A stretch of 64,000 nucleotides of DNA from Eledone cirrhosa (GCA_964016885.1 OZ024741.1:356066001-356130000), one strand, 5' to 3'; positions 16,104-55,413 are shown, counted from the first letter of the stretch. The notes: generated by a model not told the origin, from the letters alone. A program made the numbers and translations.

Positions 16104-19100
16104 TTACAGACACATACTCAGAGAAGGCCCATTCATTCGGGCCATACTTGCTTCTCTCACCCATCTTTCAACAAAATGCTGGAAAGAGAGCACTTCCCTC
16201 TCTACCCTGATTTTCCTTTTCAAATGAAATTTGAAAAAGTTAATCAGGGCATCACCGAAGAGGTAAGTGCTCGTCTTCAGCCCTTTCAAACGTGTCCACC
16301 ATACTATCTCTTTCGCCATGGCCACCAGACAGATAAAAACTGCGTGCCCTTCCCGGCTAAAGGATGAGGGCGGGGCAATCCTCACGATGGACTCAGCTGA
16401 TAGCTGGATCCGTCCTACACGTGACAGCAGGTGTTCGACATAAACTCACAAGTCAGCAATGCTCGGACACTGGACGAGTGCATGCAGGACGGTTTCGTCG
16501 CCCTGTGCGCATCTCGGACATGCCCGGCTGACGGCACCTCCATGCCTGTAGAGTTTATCCCGAACTGGCAAAGCACCCCGGTAGCACTGCCAGGCCAGGG
16601 ATTTCTGGAAGTTGTCCATAGGCCCCGGCCCGAAAGTCCTTCCGAAGAGATTGGCTAGTTGATTTTCGTCGACGCCTAGAGTTTCTCCAAGTACGTCGTC
16701 GCTCTTACCCTCCACTAATCCCCTATAGAACGCCAAGGTGGAGTTTCCACCGATCACATTGCCCGATTGGTCGAGGGCTGTGAGCGCCTGAAGACATTCC
16801 AGTCTCCAAGCGCTCCCTCTCGGTCTTCGCTTGACCCACGAGTGCCGCTCCGTCAAGGAGACGAGCTGGAGAAAGACGTGTCTAGCAAACGGCGACCACA
16901 CCTGATCACCGTCGAGGAAGAGGTGGAGATGTCGTAGCCTGAGCGCGTGTCTGCGCATCATCAGCCACGGCATGCCCAGCCCTCCACGTAGCGGGTGTTG
17001 ACAGCAGATGGACCTCCTGACCATCGGAGCGCGTCGCTTCCACAAGAAGCGAAAGAGCAAACACTCCAGCGCAGTCAGGCGGGGCTTAGGACAAGGTACG
17101 ACGGTCAGGCGGTAGTAGATGACAGACGCGATGTACGCGTGAGCCACCTCCGCTCGACCTTTCAGGGATAGCTTCCTCTCCGCCCATTTCTGGGTGAGAG
17201 AAGCCACCCTGCTCGTCACCTCGTCCCAGTTTTTGTCCGTCTGGAGGTCTGGACCGAACCAGACCCCTAGCAATTTAACCGGTCCGTCCGTCCAGCGCCC
17301 GACGACGCTGTTGGACGGCATGGACCTGCCTCTCCAGGTGCCGAGCTGCAGGCCCACTGACTTTCCCTGGTTGATCATTGCTCCTGTCACCGCTTCGTAT
17401 TCTCTTAGTGCAGTGCCGATCGCCTCGATGTGTTTGGCGTTCGACACCACTACGGTGACATCGTCGGCATATGCTGACACGGATCTTCCGCATCCTAGTT
17501 CGCGCGGGACCCCCTTCAACGTCTCCAGTTTGTGCAGTAATGGCTCGAGAGTCAATACGTACAAGAGGGACGAGAGGGGATATCCTTGGCGGACCGAGCG
17601 CATGATGTTGAACGGTTCCGAAAGGTGACCGTTCACTCTCACTACAGAGCAGATGTCGCTGTGCATGGCAGCGATCCAGCCTCTGAAGACGGGCCCAAAG
17701 CCAGCCGCCCTCAGGACTGCCGCTAGGTAACGATGGTCGACCCTATCGAAAGCTTTCGACTGATCTAAATTGATCAAAGACCCACCCGTGCCAGGTTCCC
17801 TAGCTACCCTCTCTACGATGTATCGCATGAGGTGGAGGTTGTCGTGGATGGATCTGTCGGGAATGGCGTATGTCTGCGCCTCTCCCACCAGACCACGAAC
17901 GACAAGCCCTAACCTCTTTGCTAGCACCTTGGCCAAAATCTTGAACTCTGTGTTTAGCAGAGTTATGGGCCTGAAATTATCTATGTTATCCCCCTTGTTC
18001 GGATCGATCCTTTCTCAGCAGTGCCACCGCTCCTCGGCTCACAGAGCATGGAATTCTCCCGATCTGTTGCCAGTTGCAGTAGACGTCCGCCAAGAGGCCT
18101 CCGAACAAGTCTGGCATTTGTACGTAAAGTTCATAGGGCAGACCATCCAAACCAGGCGATTTACCCCTTGTGCAGCCAGTCATTGCCTCCCTTACTTCAG
18201 CGGCTGTTATCGGCTTTTCGCAACACTCCGCCTCAGTGGCCGAGAGCCGCGGCAGTCCGTCGAGATAGACACTAAAGTCCATCCTTCGACCCGGCCCACC
18301 GCTGCCCCCGAACAGCTGAGCGAAGTGTCGCTGAAAAGCTTCACACATTTGCCCGGGATCGAGTAGCATGCGCCCGTCGTGGTCCACCAAAGACCGGATC
18401 GTTGCTTTGTTGCCACGACGCGCCTCCGCCACTCGGGCCCATTGAACGGCTTTCGTCCCCTCGTGTCTGAGAGCACGCACCCTAGCTCTGACAACGCAGC
18501 CTTCGTGCTTTGCATTGAAGAATTGGTCAAGGGCCAATTTCCCCGCAAGCACGTCGGTCGCAATGCCTTTGCTAAGCGCCTCGTCTAATTTTCTAACTAG
18601 TTCTCCCTCTGCTCTATTTTTCTCTATTGCTAAAGCCTTGCTAAACCTAATCGATTCTATTCTAATCGCTCTTTTCAGAGCAAACCACCACTTGTTGTTG
18701 ACGATGGCCCCCGTCAACGCCCGCTTAACTAGTTCGCTAATCCGGTCTCTGTAGGCCTTGCGCGCTGGTAAGAACGTGTTTAGCTTCCAGTAGCCGAGTC
18801 CTCGTCTATGAAGCCTATCTAAGTCAAGCACACAGATCATGAATTTGTGGTCCGTGTAGCTGACTATCTTGAATTGTGGACACCCTATGCTAGACCTATC
18901 TATTTCCCTACAAAATACTCTATCTAGATATGATCTGGATGACCCTAAGCGATTTGTCCAAGTCCACATTGGCACATTCGGGAAATCCAATCGGTACCTG
19001 TCAGACAGTTCAAAACGCCTGAGCAGGTTGGTGAGGCTCTTGCACCCTCCACCCCTATCCGCTAATCCCACACAGTCCCAGCGTGCATCTAAGATCCCGT

Positions 19101-19527
19101 TCCAGTCGCCCACTAACACTAAAGAGCGGGACGTTCCAAGAAAGGTCTCCAGACGCCGGAAGAAATCAAGCCGCCCTGCTCCTGTCGGGGCATAGACGGC
19201 CACTAGCCTGAAAGCTTGCCCGTCTCCGCTGGTCACGTCCAGCACCACCAACTTACTTTCTGGGTCCAGGAAGATTGCCCGTATGGCGAGATCCAAACCT
19301 CTCCGAAAAAGCACAGCAACTCCTCCCCCCGATCAAAGACGGCTGGGAGATGCGTACACATCGTAGCCGCCGAATATCGGTGCTAAGGCCCGTGCTTCGG
19401 AGATTCTGGTCTCGCTGATCGCCACTATATCTATGTTTAGTGACCTTAGGTCGTTGAGCAGGTGGCCCTGCTTCCATGACGACCCCAAGCCACGCGCATT
19501 TATTCTGCCTTTTCTGAGTGAGGTCAT
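16104..19527 (-). pseudogene. LINE ORF2 (AP endonuclease, reverse transcriptase, zinc finger), disrupted
   Basis: INARGL, ISETR, LVAVYAP, VGDWN, SYLDRVF, YTDHK, KSPGLDGLP, LDQSKAFDRV, SVRQGYPLS, SAYADD, CPRC..DETVLHALVQC. Frameshifts near 19330 and 18005, and a stop at 16446. Confidence 0.92.
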
Positions 19528-19561
19528 GTTGAAATGGAGTGGAAAAGATGGGAAAGACCAC

Positions 19562-21288
19562 TTACCTTACTTCTCGTAGAGGAGGGATGGTTTCTCCATC
19601 CGTTTCACTGCTTGTGACCTCCTCAGGAAGGATGACCTTATAAATCCTCCTGGAGAGTGCTTGTCGGAAGTCTCCGATGTCTTTGGGGAATTTTTGTTTC
19701 AGTGTCGTGTACGTTTTCTGTGTGATGCGAGTGATTTGTATGTGTGGAGAAGGTGTGAACTTTTGGGGTGTTGTGTAGTCTTTTTCTGTGATGCTGGTGT
19801 TGTGTTGAATGTAGTGTAATAATTGGTTGTTGTTCAAATTTAATGCTGTGTAGTGTGTATCATTTTGGTTGTTTTGTTTTGTTTGCGTTTGTTGTGGGTT
19901 TGTTTCTGTTTCGCTTTTTGGTGACTTTGTGTCACAATCTGTCTCCAGTTGCGATAGGTCGGGGAGTGGAAAATCCTCCACAGGCATTGGTTTTGGTTGT
20001 GACGTGGTGGATAGTGGAGGCGCTGGTGCTAGTTCTGGCGCGGTGGGTGGTGGTGGTGTTGGTTTTGCCACTGTTGCTGGGGTTGTTGTTGCTACAGTTG
20101 CTTCTGTTGTTGCTGCAATTTCTGCTGCAGGTGGTGTTGATGGTTGAGTCACTGGGTAAGAGAGGTGGCTTCAACTTTTTAGGACAGAAAGCCTTTAGGT
20201 GGGTTCCTTCACCACAAACGACACACCTAGGCTTTCTACCCTCAATGATTACGGTGAGGTGGCTGCTGTCAGTGAGGTCTATCACCTCTGGAATTTCCTC
20301 AATGCTTTTTTGGTCCGCTTAGATCAGGAGCTCCATCCCAGATCCGGACCAGTTCTCCTGCTTTTCTTTTGTTATTTCAATTATTTTCGTATTGGCCTCG
20401 ATGCCGGCGAGGACGGCAGCCATTAGCCAGGGAATTTCGATGGCCGGTGGAACGTGGGTCACCCTGATGTTCACGAGTCTCTGGCCACAATAGCCTGGGA
20501 TGAGTGTGAAGTCTTCGCTTCTTAATGGGGCCATGGAGTGCTCTCTGGCTTCCTGTGGTGTTCCAAAGAACATGTCCTGGGTTCCATATTTCTGCCCACG
20601 TGTGACGTGGGTTTTTTTTGCCCACACATGTCCCAAAGCTTTTTGTATTTGGGATGCCCGTTCCACTCGGCGTGATTTTGTGTTTATCGCCCGGTAAGAT
20701 ACGGTGCATAGGCGCCGATGCTCCATTTTATTAGGTGGGGTGCGGTGGGGGGCTAACCCTGTACCCATCTTTTTTTACCATTCTCTTGGCTTCATTTAAT
20801 TCATCCTGGCTTACCTCGATTGTTTCGCTATTTTTGGCTGCTTTGGCAAACGACACATTTTGTTTCGCGGTGGTGTTGATGTTGTTATTCTCAATGTTAT
20901 TGTTGTTGCTGTTGTTGTTATTGTTAATTTTAGTTTCAGTTGTGGTGGAGGTGGTGGTGGTGCCAGTGGTGTTCGGCGTGGAAGAGTCGATTCTGGGTGA
21001 ATCCATTTCGATGTCACGAAATAATAATTTTTTTTATGGGGTTTCTGTTGTCGCTGTGGTGGTGGTGGTATCAGTGGTGTTCGTAGATCGTTTTGACATT
21101 ATGGTGGTGGGAGTAGCGGCTTTAACACCTGCAGTTATTGACAATGGCGGGAAATCCATGTCTTTATGCGGCAATTCTAAATAATTCAGACTGCCATTAA
21201 TTATATTTTCAGTGTTGGGAACCGTACCAAGGCTTACAATGGTGTTGGGGGGGGGCGGTTTGTTAAAAACAGTAAATTTGTCGTCCAT
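19562..21288 (-). pseudogene. LINE ORF1 (gag-like, zinc knuckle), disrupted
   Basis: Consecutive minus-strand ORF pieces upstream of ORF2, including CVVCGEGTHLKAFC (CX2CX4HX4C) and Thr/Pro-rich linkers. Confidence 0.7.
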
Positions 21289-21797
21289 GTTTTTTTTTTC
21301 AAAGAAATATTTTGTTTGATAAATAAAAAGTTTAAGTTTTGGGCTCAAGGCCCCAATATTTTTTGTGTCCTTTTCAGAAAGCAATATATGTGAACTTATA
21401 AACACTTCACAACAAAAATTTTCCATAACTGGCAATTTGAAACAACTGAAAACAACAAACCTTTGCAGAGCTCACGATAATACGATTTCCTACGTAGGTT
21501 GCCAATAATAATAATAATAATAATATTAATAAGGAGCTTCCGATTCCAGAGTCAGGATCGATCATTAATCGATCGTTCCTCGAGCTGATCGACAGTGAAA
21601 CATATGTAATATTTAATTAAATATGTATATGATGCAACACTGATTCTTTGTTCCCTTATATACCTATATATACATATATATATGTGTGCGTGTGTATGTG
21701 TGTGTGTGTATTATATATATACATACATATGTATATATATAAACACACACGCACGAACACACGCACGCACTCACACACATACACACAGATATATATA

Positions 21798-22786
21798 TTA
21801 GAAAGTGAGGGTTTTTTTACAAAATGAAAAATAACCGAGGTGTCCTACACGAGTGAAAGTATAAAGAAAAAAAGATGAAATCGAAAATGCAAATGGAGTC
21901 TTATTTTTAAAAAAATATATATTTATTTGGTTCCCTTACCGGTTTCGTAGTTCTTCTGCTTTTCAAAAGTAGAGTTGAGATGGAGGGTCTGTGGTTTTTC
22001 TCACATCTGGTTGGTCTTTGAATGTTACTTGTTTTATATGGAAAAAAGTGGCTCGAAACGCCAGGTTTTTAATTTGATTGGTTGGTCAATAAGTATAATA
22101 AATTCCACGCCAGTTCACGTTACAAAGTTCTTCAAACAAGGGAGGAGGGCTCAGGTTGTTTTTTCATATATAAGTGTTTGAATTTCTTTTTACTTAAAAA
22201 AAGGGGCTCACGAAAGCTTTTTTTTTATAAATGTAATTTGATTGGTTATAAATGAAATTATGCCTGTCACGTGAACAAGTTCATTAAATTTCGCGCCCGT
22301 ATTTGGGAATTTATTTTGTAGCCTTTTAGAGAATTTTATGACAAAGAAAAGATAATGGTCAAGAGAAATGGTATGGGAGAATTGTTCTGGTTCAGTGAAT
22401 ATAGCAGGTTGTTTTTTCATATATGAGTGAAGTTTGGTTGGTTGATGTAGTCACGTGAATAAGCATATCAGCTTTCGCGTAAGTTTGTTTGAATTCCTTT
22501 TTACTTTAAAAAAAGTGGTTCACGAAGGCTTTTTTTTAATACATATAATTTGATTGGTTATAAATGAAACTATGACTGTCACGTGAACAAGTTCATTAAA
22601 TTTCGCGCCCGTATTTTGGAATTTATTTTGTAGCATTTTAGAGAATTTTATGACAAGCAAAAGATAATGGTCAAGAGAAATGGTGTGGGAGAATTGTTCT
22701 GGTTCAGTGAATATGGTTGGTTCGCTAGGGTGTCAGAATTCAGATTTTCTATTGAAATAAAGAAAGTAAAGATATGTATGTTTATT

Positions 22787-22859
<73 letters not shown>

Positions 22860-24456
22860 GAAGATGATTCTATTAGTAGAAATGGGAGAGGGAGTTGTGT
22901 GTGTGTATATGGGTGTTATGTGTGTGTGTGGGGGGGGGGTATGTTAAGATAGAGAGAATATATATATTTTGTGTGTGTGTGTGTGAAGATTATATAGGAC
23001 AAACTAAACTCACACTCAGAAACAGAATGACAGTTCATCGCCAACAATTACGAGATCCAACCACGATACAGATACCACTAAGCGCACATCTAGACATATG
23101 CGCAAGTAATAAGACACCCAAATTCCAAGTCTTCCCATTTTACCTTTGCGCTGACAATACAACAGAACAAATACGAATAAGTAAGGAAAATATGTTCATT
23201 CAAAAATATTCCTACTAACGGAATCATTTTCCTACACACACACACACACACACACACACAATATATATATTCTCTTCATCTGAACATGCTAACCATACTT
23301 CCACACACACATAACCCCCCCCCCACACACACACACACAACTCCCTCCCCCATTTCTACTAATATAATCACTTTCCTACACACATACACACACACACAAA
23401 ATATATATATTCTCTCTATCTTAACATACTCCCCCCACACACACAACACCCATATACACACACACAACTCCCTCTCCCATTTCTACTAATAGAATCATCT
23501 TCCCCCCCCCCCACACACACACACACAAGCACACAAATAAACATACATATCTTTACTTTCTTTATTTCAATAGAAAATCTGAATTCTGACACCCCAGCGC
23601 ACCAACCATATTCACTGAACCAGAACAATTCTCCCATACCATTTCTCTTGACCATTATCTTTTGCTTGTCTTAAAATTCTCTAAAAGGCTACAAAATAAA
23701 TTCCAAAATACGGGCGCGAAATTTAATGAACTTGTTCACGTGACAGTCATAATTTCATTTATAACCAATCAAATTATATTTATTTAAAAAAAGCCTTCGT
23801 GAGCCACTTTTTTTTAAAGTAAAAAGAAATTCAAATAAACTTACGCGAAAGCTGATATACTTATTCACGTGACTACACCAACCAACCAAACTTCACTCAT
23901 ATATGAAAACACAATCTGCTATATTCACTGAACCAGAACAATTCTCCCATACCATTTCTCTTGACCATTATCTTTTCTTTGTCATAAAATTCTCTAAAAG
24001 GCTACAAAATAAATTCCCAAATACGGGCGTGAAATTTAATGAACTTGTTCACGTGACAACCATAATTTCATTTATAACCAATTAAATTACATTTATAAAA
24101 AAAAAAAGCCTTCGTGAGCCCCTTTTTTTAAGTAAAAAGAAATTCAAACACTCATATATGAAAAAACAACCTGAGCCCTCCTCCCTTGTTTGAAGAACTT
24201 TGTAACGCGAAATTTATTATACTTATTGACCAACCAATCAAATTACTTCTCTAAAAGTCTGGTGTTTCGAGCCACTTTTTTCCATATAAAACAAGTAACA
24301 TTCAAAGACCAACCAGATGTGAGAAAAATCACAGACCCTCCATCTCAACTATACCTTTGAAAGCAGAATTTCGAAACCGGTAAAGGAACCAAATAAATAT
24401 ATATAGTTTTTAAAAATAAGACTCCAGTTGCATTTTCGATTTCATCTTTTTTTGTA
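21798..24456. mobile_element. Fold-back Neptune-type PLE insertion (family B) with ~1.1-kb inverted arms
   Basis: Arms ~21860-22985 and ~23230-24456. The centre (22981-23218, plus) encodes a GIY-YIG C-terminus (EDYIGQTKLTLRNRMTVHRQQL...FQVFPFY) related to 10440-10705. HHR-like motifs at 21933-21970 (minus) and ~24354-24386 (plus, degenerate). Confidence 0.9.
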
Positions 24457-24740
24457 TATATATATATATATATATATACATAGTTATATAGATATATAGA
24501 GAGATAGGTATGTATGTACATATATATAAAAAAAGTTTTCTTCGCATCTAGTGGCTTCGGCTTCACTCTCACTGTGTGAACATTGTGAGTGAAATTTACG
24601 GTTAAATAGAGCTCAATACAATTAGTAATAAACTTTCAAATAAGTGGTGGGGTCGACATGATTGATTAAAACACTCCAGGGTGTAACTGAAGCATAGCTT
24701 CAGTCGTATGACTGAAACCAGTAACATAATATATATATTT

Positions 24741-25011
<271 letters not shown>

Positions 25012-25545
25012 CATTAACGAAATCGATCAAAATGTGTAACGTTGGTTCAAAGTAGAACACCATAATTAATATTTATTATTTATGAAGTACCTAAATGGGT
25101 AGAGTGCCAGAGAAAATGTCGTCCCAACATTACCGAATTCATATGAATGAAAGTAGTAAAAGAGCATACACACATTTCTTATATATCCCCTCATTGTGTA
25201 GTAAGAGATGAAATGGTCGTGTCAATTTGGTTTTCACTAATGGTATTTTTAGGCCCATCGCCAAACGAATGATGCACTGGATTGCATTTTCCCAGTGCTT
25301 TTCCATGGTGCTCCCTCAGATTTTGAAAATAGAGTTTATAAAAAACGCCCTGATATATGTTCCTTGAAAATTAGAGTGCCCATCCAGAATGTTCTGAATC
25401 CCCACACCACCTACGTTCACTAAATCCTAGCGACAGCCTGTGTATTTCTTTATATCTACCATTACTTTCAAAATTTTGAATTTTTTAAGAATTTAATATT
25501 GCTGCTTCTGAACACTTCAAATTCTAATGTTTATCTTATTGTTTT

Positions 25546-47816
<22,271 letters not shown>

Positions 47817-49448
47817 TTTGTTTTCTTTCTTCGTTTAACTGTATTTTCAGTTTGTCTACAGGACTGTAGGTTTTTTTTTTGTATCCAAGCTGACGAAATG
47901 TTAGTCTTCTTATTCTCTCGCTGTATATATATATATATATCACAGCCAATTGTTACCAATAGATAAGACAATAACGTAATATCACTACATTTCAGTTCAT
48001 GTGGTACAATAAAATATAAAATCTAGTAGTATGAATTGCACTCATTAATTAGCATAAAATATAATTATCAAGCAAGTATACATACCGATTATAATTACGT
48101 GTTTTACAAACTTGAACGTAATTATCTACTTATCAAGGGCGGTTAATAAAAATTAACTGATAATTTTCAGAAGCGTTTAGATGTAATAATGAAATATTTT
48201 TTATTATAGTTGTATAAATTTACAGAAGAATAACGTTGCAAATATATTTTAAATATATACATACATAATATAACAAATGCGTAAATAACACCAAAAATTG
48301 CTCGCAATTCGTTCAGAAGGACAAATATGTCAACACCGTGTATAATGACACAACAATATAAATTCATGAACAAAAATGATAAAGAAAAGAAAAAAAAAGA
48401 GGGGGGGGGGGGGAATTCACCACCAAGTGGGACAATCGGCAACACCTCATACCTTGGGGGTTAACTGTACAGATGTAATTTGTAATAGGCGATCTGAAGC
48501 AGCACTTTACAGTTATTTGTGGTATTTTCGTGATATTCTCAAGTTAATAGCATAGTTCTTTTGATTTTTATAAAGGAAAATGTTTTAAATGTGTACATAT
48601 ATATTATTTCTATGATCAAGTTTAAGAGCTCTTTATAGATCTTCCAGTCAAATTTTGGTTTGCATCGTGAAATATAAGTTTCACGGTAATATATGGAGTA
48701 CACATCATGAAATATGTGTGTAAAGCACTCAAAGTCGTTATTTTAAACCGGACGATGAATTAAGTCTACTATCTATGTAGGCGACGTTGAAATTTAAACT
48801 CGGAACACGAAGAGCTGAAACAAATACTTTGGTTGTGGTGGTGGTGGTGGTGGAATCATATGTTGGTAATAGGAATGGAGACAATGGTGAGATACATTAG
48901 TCGGCATAGTTGGTAGTATTGGTGGATATGTACTAACATAATGAGAGGAAATCATTTACTGTCATCATTGATAATTGTTTCTACTTTTGGCACCAGGCCA
49001 GCAATTATCCCAGTGCATTACTGGTACTTTATTTTATCGACCCCGTAATGATGAAAGGCAAAGTTAATCTCGGCGAGATTTGAACTCAGATCATAAAGGG
49101 AGGTAACTCTATGCTTCAAAGCATGGCGCCCTACCCTCTACCGATACTGCCAATCCACATCACTGATAATGTCAAATAATATGTGTTATCAAAACTAATG
49201 GGCCCCAAACTAGTTTAAAAGAAAAAAACAGTATGCACTCAACAGAATCAAAGATCCAAATATTTATATATATATTTTCTATATATTCTTCACTTAATAT
49301 TATAATAAATGTTATATTGAAAAGGATTAAAAAGCTTTGGCTTTGTCCCAGGGCGATCACAATAAGCTGATTCTATTATATATATATGTATGTGTGTGTG
49401 TGGGTGTCTGTGTGCGTGTGTGTGTGTGTATATATATATACATATATA

Positions 49449-51882
<2,434 letters not shown>

Positions 51883-52034
51883 ATATATATATATATATAT
51901 ACAGGAAAATGTTCAAGACCCCTGAGGTCTTGAACATTTTCCTAATACCCACTCTACTACCCTAAGTATTGAGTACTCTGGTGCGTTATGGTCCACCTGA
52001 TTCCTTACCACACTTCCTTCGTTATATATATATA

Positions 52035-52503
52035 GTATAAAAGAGAAAACACAGGTAAGCATTAAGAGAAGGATTTTATCCAGGTATTTACGACCGTTTC
52101 ATTGGTAAGTGCAACCTTATATTGCTATACTGCAAATAGCAGCCACTCAATTATAATTGTTGTTCACAGTCCAAATTTTCAAAATAGTGAGTAAGTTACT
52201 CTTGAAATAATTCTTAATATATAGAGAAAAACATTTATTTTGAATTGTATTTACTAGTATAGAGAGAGAGGAATCAGAAGGTGAGGGGACAAACGGAATA
52301 GTATAGAGAGAGAGGAAGGGGAGAGTTAGGAAGTAGAGTGACAAACTGAGATGGAGGGAGGGGTAGAGGTGGAAGGATTCCTTGGTCAGTTTTGATATCA
52401 GACTTCATGTCGTGGAATGTAGTGAGTTAAAGAGAATTAAATTGATCATAGTGGGAGGGAGGGATAGAGAGGGAGAGAGAGAGAGGGGGGGAGATATAAA
52501 GAG

Positions 52504-52545
<42 letters not shown>

Positions 52546-53420
52546 AGATAAAGATAATAATGACAAAAATAAAAGCAAAGAAGGGGGTGAGAAAGAAGAA
52601 AAGAAAAGATACTCATGAAGGAGAGGGAAGGAAGGAAGAAAACGAAGAAATAGAAGAGGAATGAGGGAGAAGAGGGTGGATATATGTATTGGTTTTGTGG
52701 GTAATTAAAAGGGTTTAGATATAATAAGAGGGTATAAAGTCTAAGTATATGCAGTTTGTCATTTGGTAGTAAGAGGTTAAGGGTTCGATTTGAGTCTATG
52801 GTTACAATAAATTGATCTTTCGATTTTATTGTTGAGTAACTTATTCTTCGAACTCAAGATGTGGAACAGCTCAAGGTCGCATAATCGACAGCTTCTCATA
52901 CCACTCCGATATGGGGGCGCGTTCGATAATTTTTTCCACTTCAGGGTGTATTGATGGTTACTTTCCCTCAGTTGCCAGGTCTTGTTTGCAAGGGTAGTTA
53001 CATAACGATGCTGGGAATGTTTCATTGCGTAACGGTGTGTATACCAACGGGCTTTAAATGTATTCCCAGTCGCTCCGATATAATACCATTTCTGGTTGTC
53101 TGATCCCACTGTGCATTGGTAAACCAGGTTAGACTGCATACATTCATTATGTAATGGACAGGTTTTAGGTAGGTGGCAGTTACTATTCTTGTCATGGGCA
53201 ACTTTGGCATTATTGGTGGGCTGCGATGCCTGTACAAGTGTGTTACGTTTTGTTTGCCTATTAGCGGGTGGTTGTGTATTAGATATTCTGTTGTGTTCGG
53301 TGGTGATTGTATTGTTATTGTTGTAAATTTGTGTTTTGGTATTGTTATGTATCTTTTTAGCGTTAAGCATCTTAATGTGTGCCTCTATATTTGGTGCCGT
53401 GGAGTAAGATAGTCAAATAT
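52035..53420 (-). mobile_element. 5'-truncated Naiad-type PLE (GIY-YIG ORF 52777-53370 plus 3' UTR)
   Basis: NCHLPKTCPLHNECMQSNLVYQC..YYIGATGNTFKARWYTH..TTLANKTWQL..CRLCDLE..CNHR; (TA)n flanks. Confidence 0.88.
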
Positions 53421-53423
53421 CAA

Positions 53424-53760
<337 letters not shown>

Positions 53761-54588
53761 GAAAAATTAGAAATTAGAAGTTAGGATTATCCGTCATTAT
53801 ATACAGTGGATTGGCAGTATCGGTAGAGAGTCTGACACCATGCTTTGAAGCATAGAGCTACGTCCCTTTCCCTCTATGATCTGAGTTCAAATCCCGCCGA
53901 GGTTAACGTTGCCTTTCATCCTTACGGGGTCGATAAAATAAAGTACCAGTACTTTACTAATAATGTACTGGGTAATTGCTGGCCTTGTGCCAAAAGTAGA
54001 AACAATTATATATAATTAGAAGCTATATACCTGCTATGGTTATATAGGGCGACACAACGCAGGCTTTGTTTAGAAATGACTAGCGAATTTGAAAATTAGG
54101 TAGTAACATGCTTAATACCCGCGAAGAGTGAAAAACCGCGAATATTGGATGGTGGTCTATAAAAATGCCTATAAACGTCAAAATATAACGTAAAATATAA
54201 TAAAAAAAGAGGGCGCGGATAAAAAAAGAGGGCGCGAATGGGAGTCTAATAGACCGGAAAATGCGGTTACGACCCTTGCCATTCTAAGTTCAAATCCCAC
54301 CGAGGTTAACTTTGGCTTTCATTCTTACGGGGTCGATAAAATAAAGTACCAGTAATACACTGGGGTAATAGCTGGCCTTGTGCCAAAAGTAGAAACAATT
54401 AATAATTTAGCGTTCAAAAAATATATATTGCCACGAAAAAAACATAAAAAGATCGCGGAACATAAGATATTTACGATTCCGCGAACATGCTATATATATA
54501 TACAGTGTATCCCTGGTATTCGCAGTCCCAGTTATTATATACTGTATATATATATATATATTACCCGTCGAAATGAGATTCTCGCTAA

Positions 54589-54625
<37 letters not shown>

Positions 54626-54630
<5 letters not shown>

Positions 54631-55413
54631 TTAGCGAGAATCGCATTTCGGCGGGTAGAAATTAGCGAAACTCAACTTCCATATTGTGCAGACAAGCGCT
54701 CCATGGATATGAAGAGGATAGCAGAGCTATAAACATAAGTTAAAATGGTCATATACGCTGAGACGATGGTTAAGAAGCGATAGCCACCATTGCCAAAACA
54801 GCGAACAAGCTAAACGGGTCAAACAAAATGAGATATGATTGAAATAGTTACCCGGACCCTCGGGGAAGATGGAATACTCCGAAATTGGGTTTCTGCAACA
54901 CCTAAATCAATAATACTGTCTGCTTATAAAAATAAGCTTTTGGTATAATGATCGAACAAGGCATCGCTTTCTCAACAGATTTTTGTTCTTCTTGCGCCGG
55001 AATCTCGCAGGTTGTGAAAGCACATGTGAGATTCTAAGGGGAGAAAACCCCTATTTTGGCCAGTGAATTCAGCATGTGTAGTTATTGCAAAAATTTGCAA
55101 AAACCGCACAAAACGAATAAGCTCTCTACCAAGTTGTTTTTAAAAGAAACTTAAGCGATTAATCGGTCAATAGAATTAACTAAAAAGCCCCAAAAAATTA
55201 ACTGGTTAAACGCTTGACTTGGGAGATTAATACAAATATAAATTTAGCGAGAATCGCATTTCGGCGGGTAGAAATTAGCGAAACGCAACTTCAATAATGT
55301 GCAGACAAGCGCTCCATGCATATGAAGAGGATAGCAGAGCTATAAACATAAGGTAAAATGGTCATACACGCTGAGACGATGGTTAAGAAGCCATAGCCAA
55401 AATAGCGAACAAG

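Larger units (their letters stand above)
15858..21504 (-). mobile_element. Near-full-length L1/Tx1-clade LINE inserted in an (AAT)n tract
   Basis: ORF1 with a CCHC knuckle and ORF2 with APE, RT and a C-terminal CxxC motif. AATAAA lies just before the 3' end, and (AAT)n flanks both sides. Confidence 0.92.

Noticed and set aside
17194-19195. Plus-strand ORFs overlapping the LINE
   Set aside because: Antisense shadows of the GC-rich ORF2 with no recognisable domain.
52080-52160. HHR at the 3' end of the 52035-53420 PLE (GAA-ACGGTCGT-A on the minus strand)
   Set aside because: The 3' half is plausible but the CUGANGA half is not recognisable.
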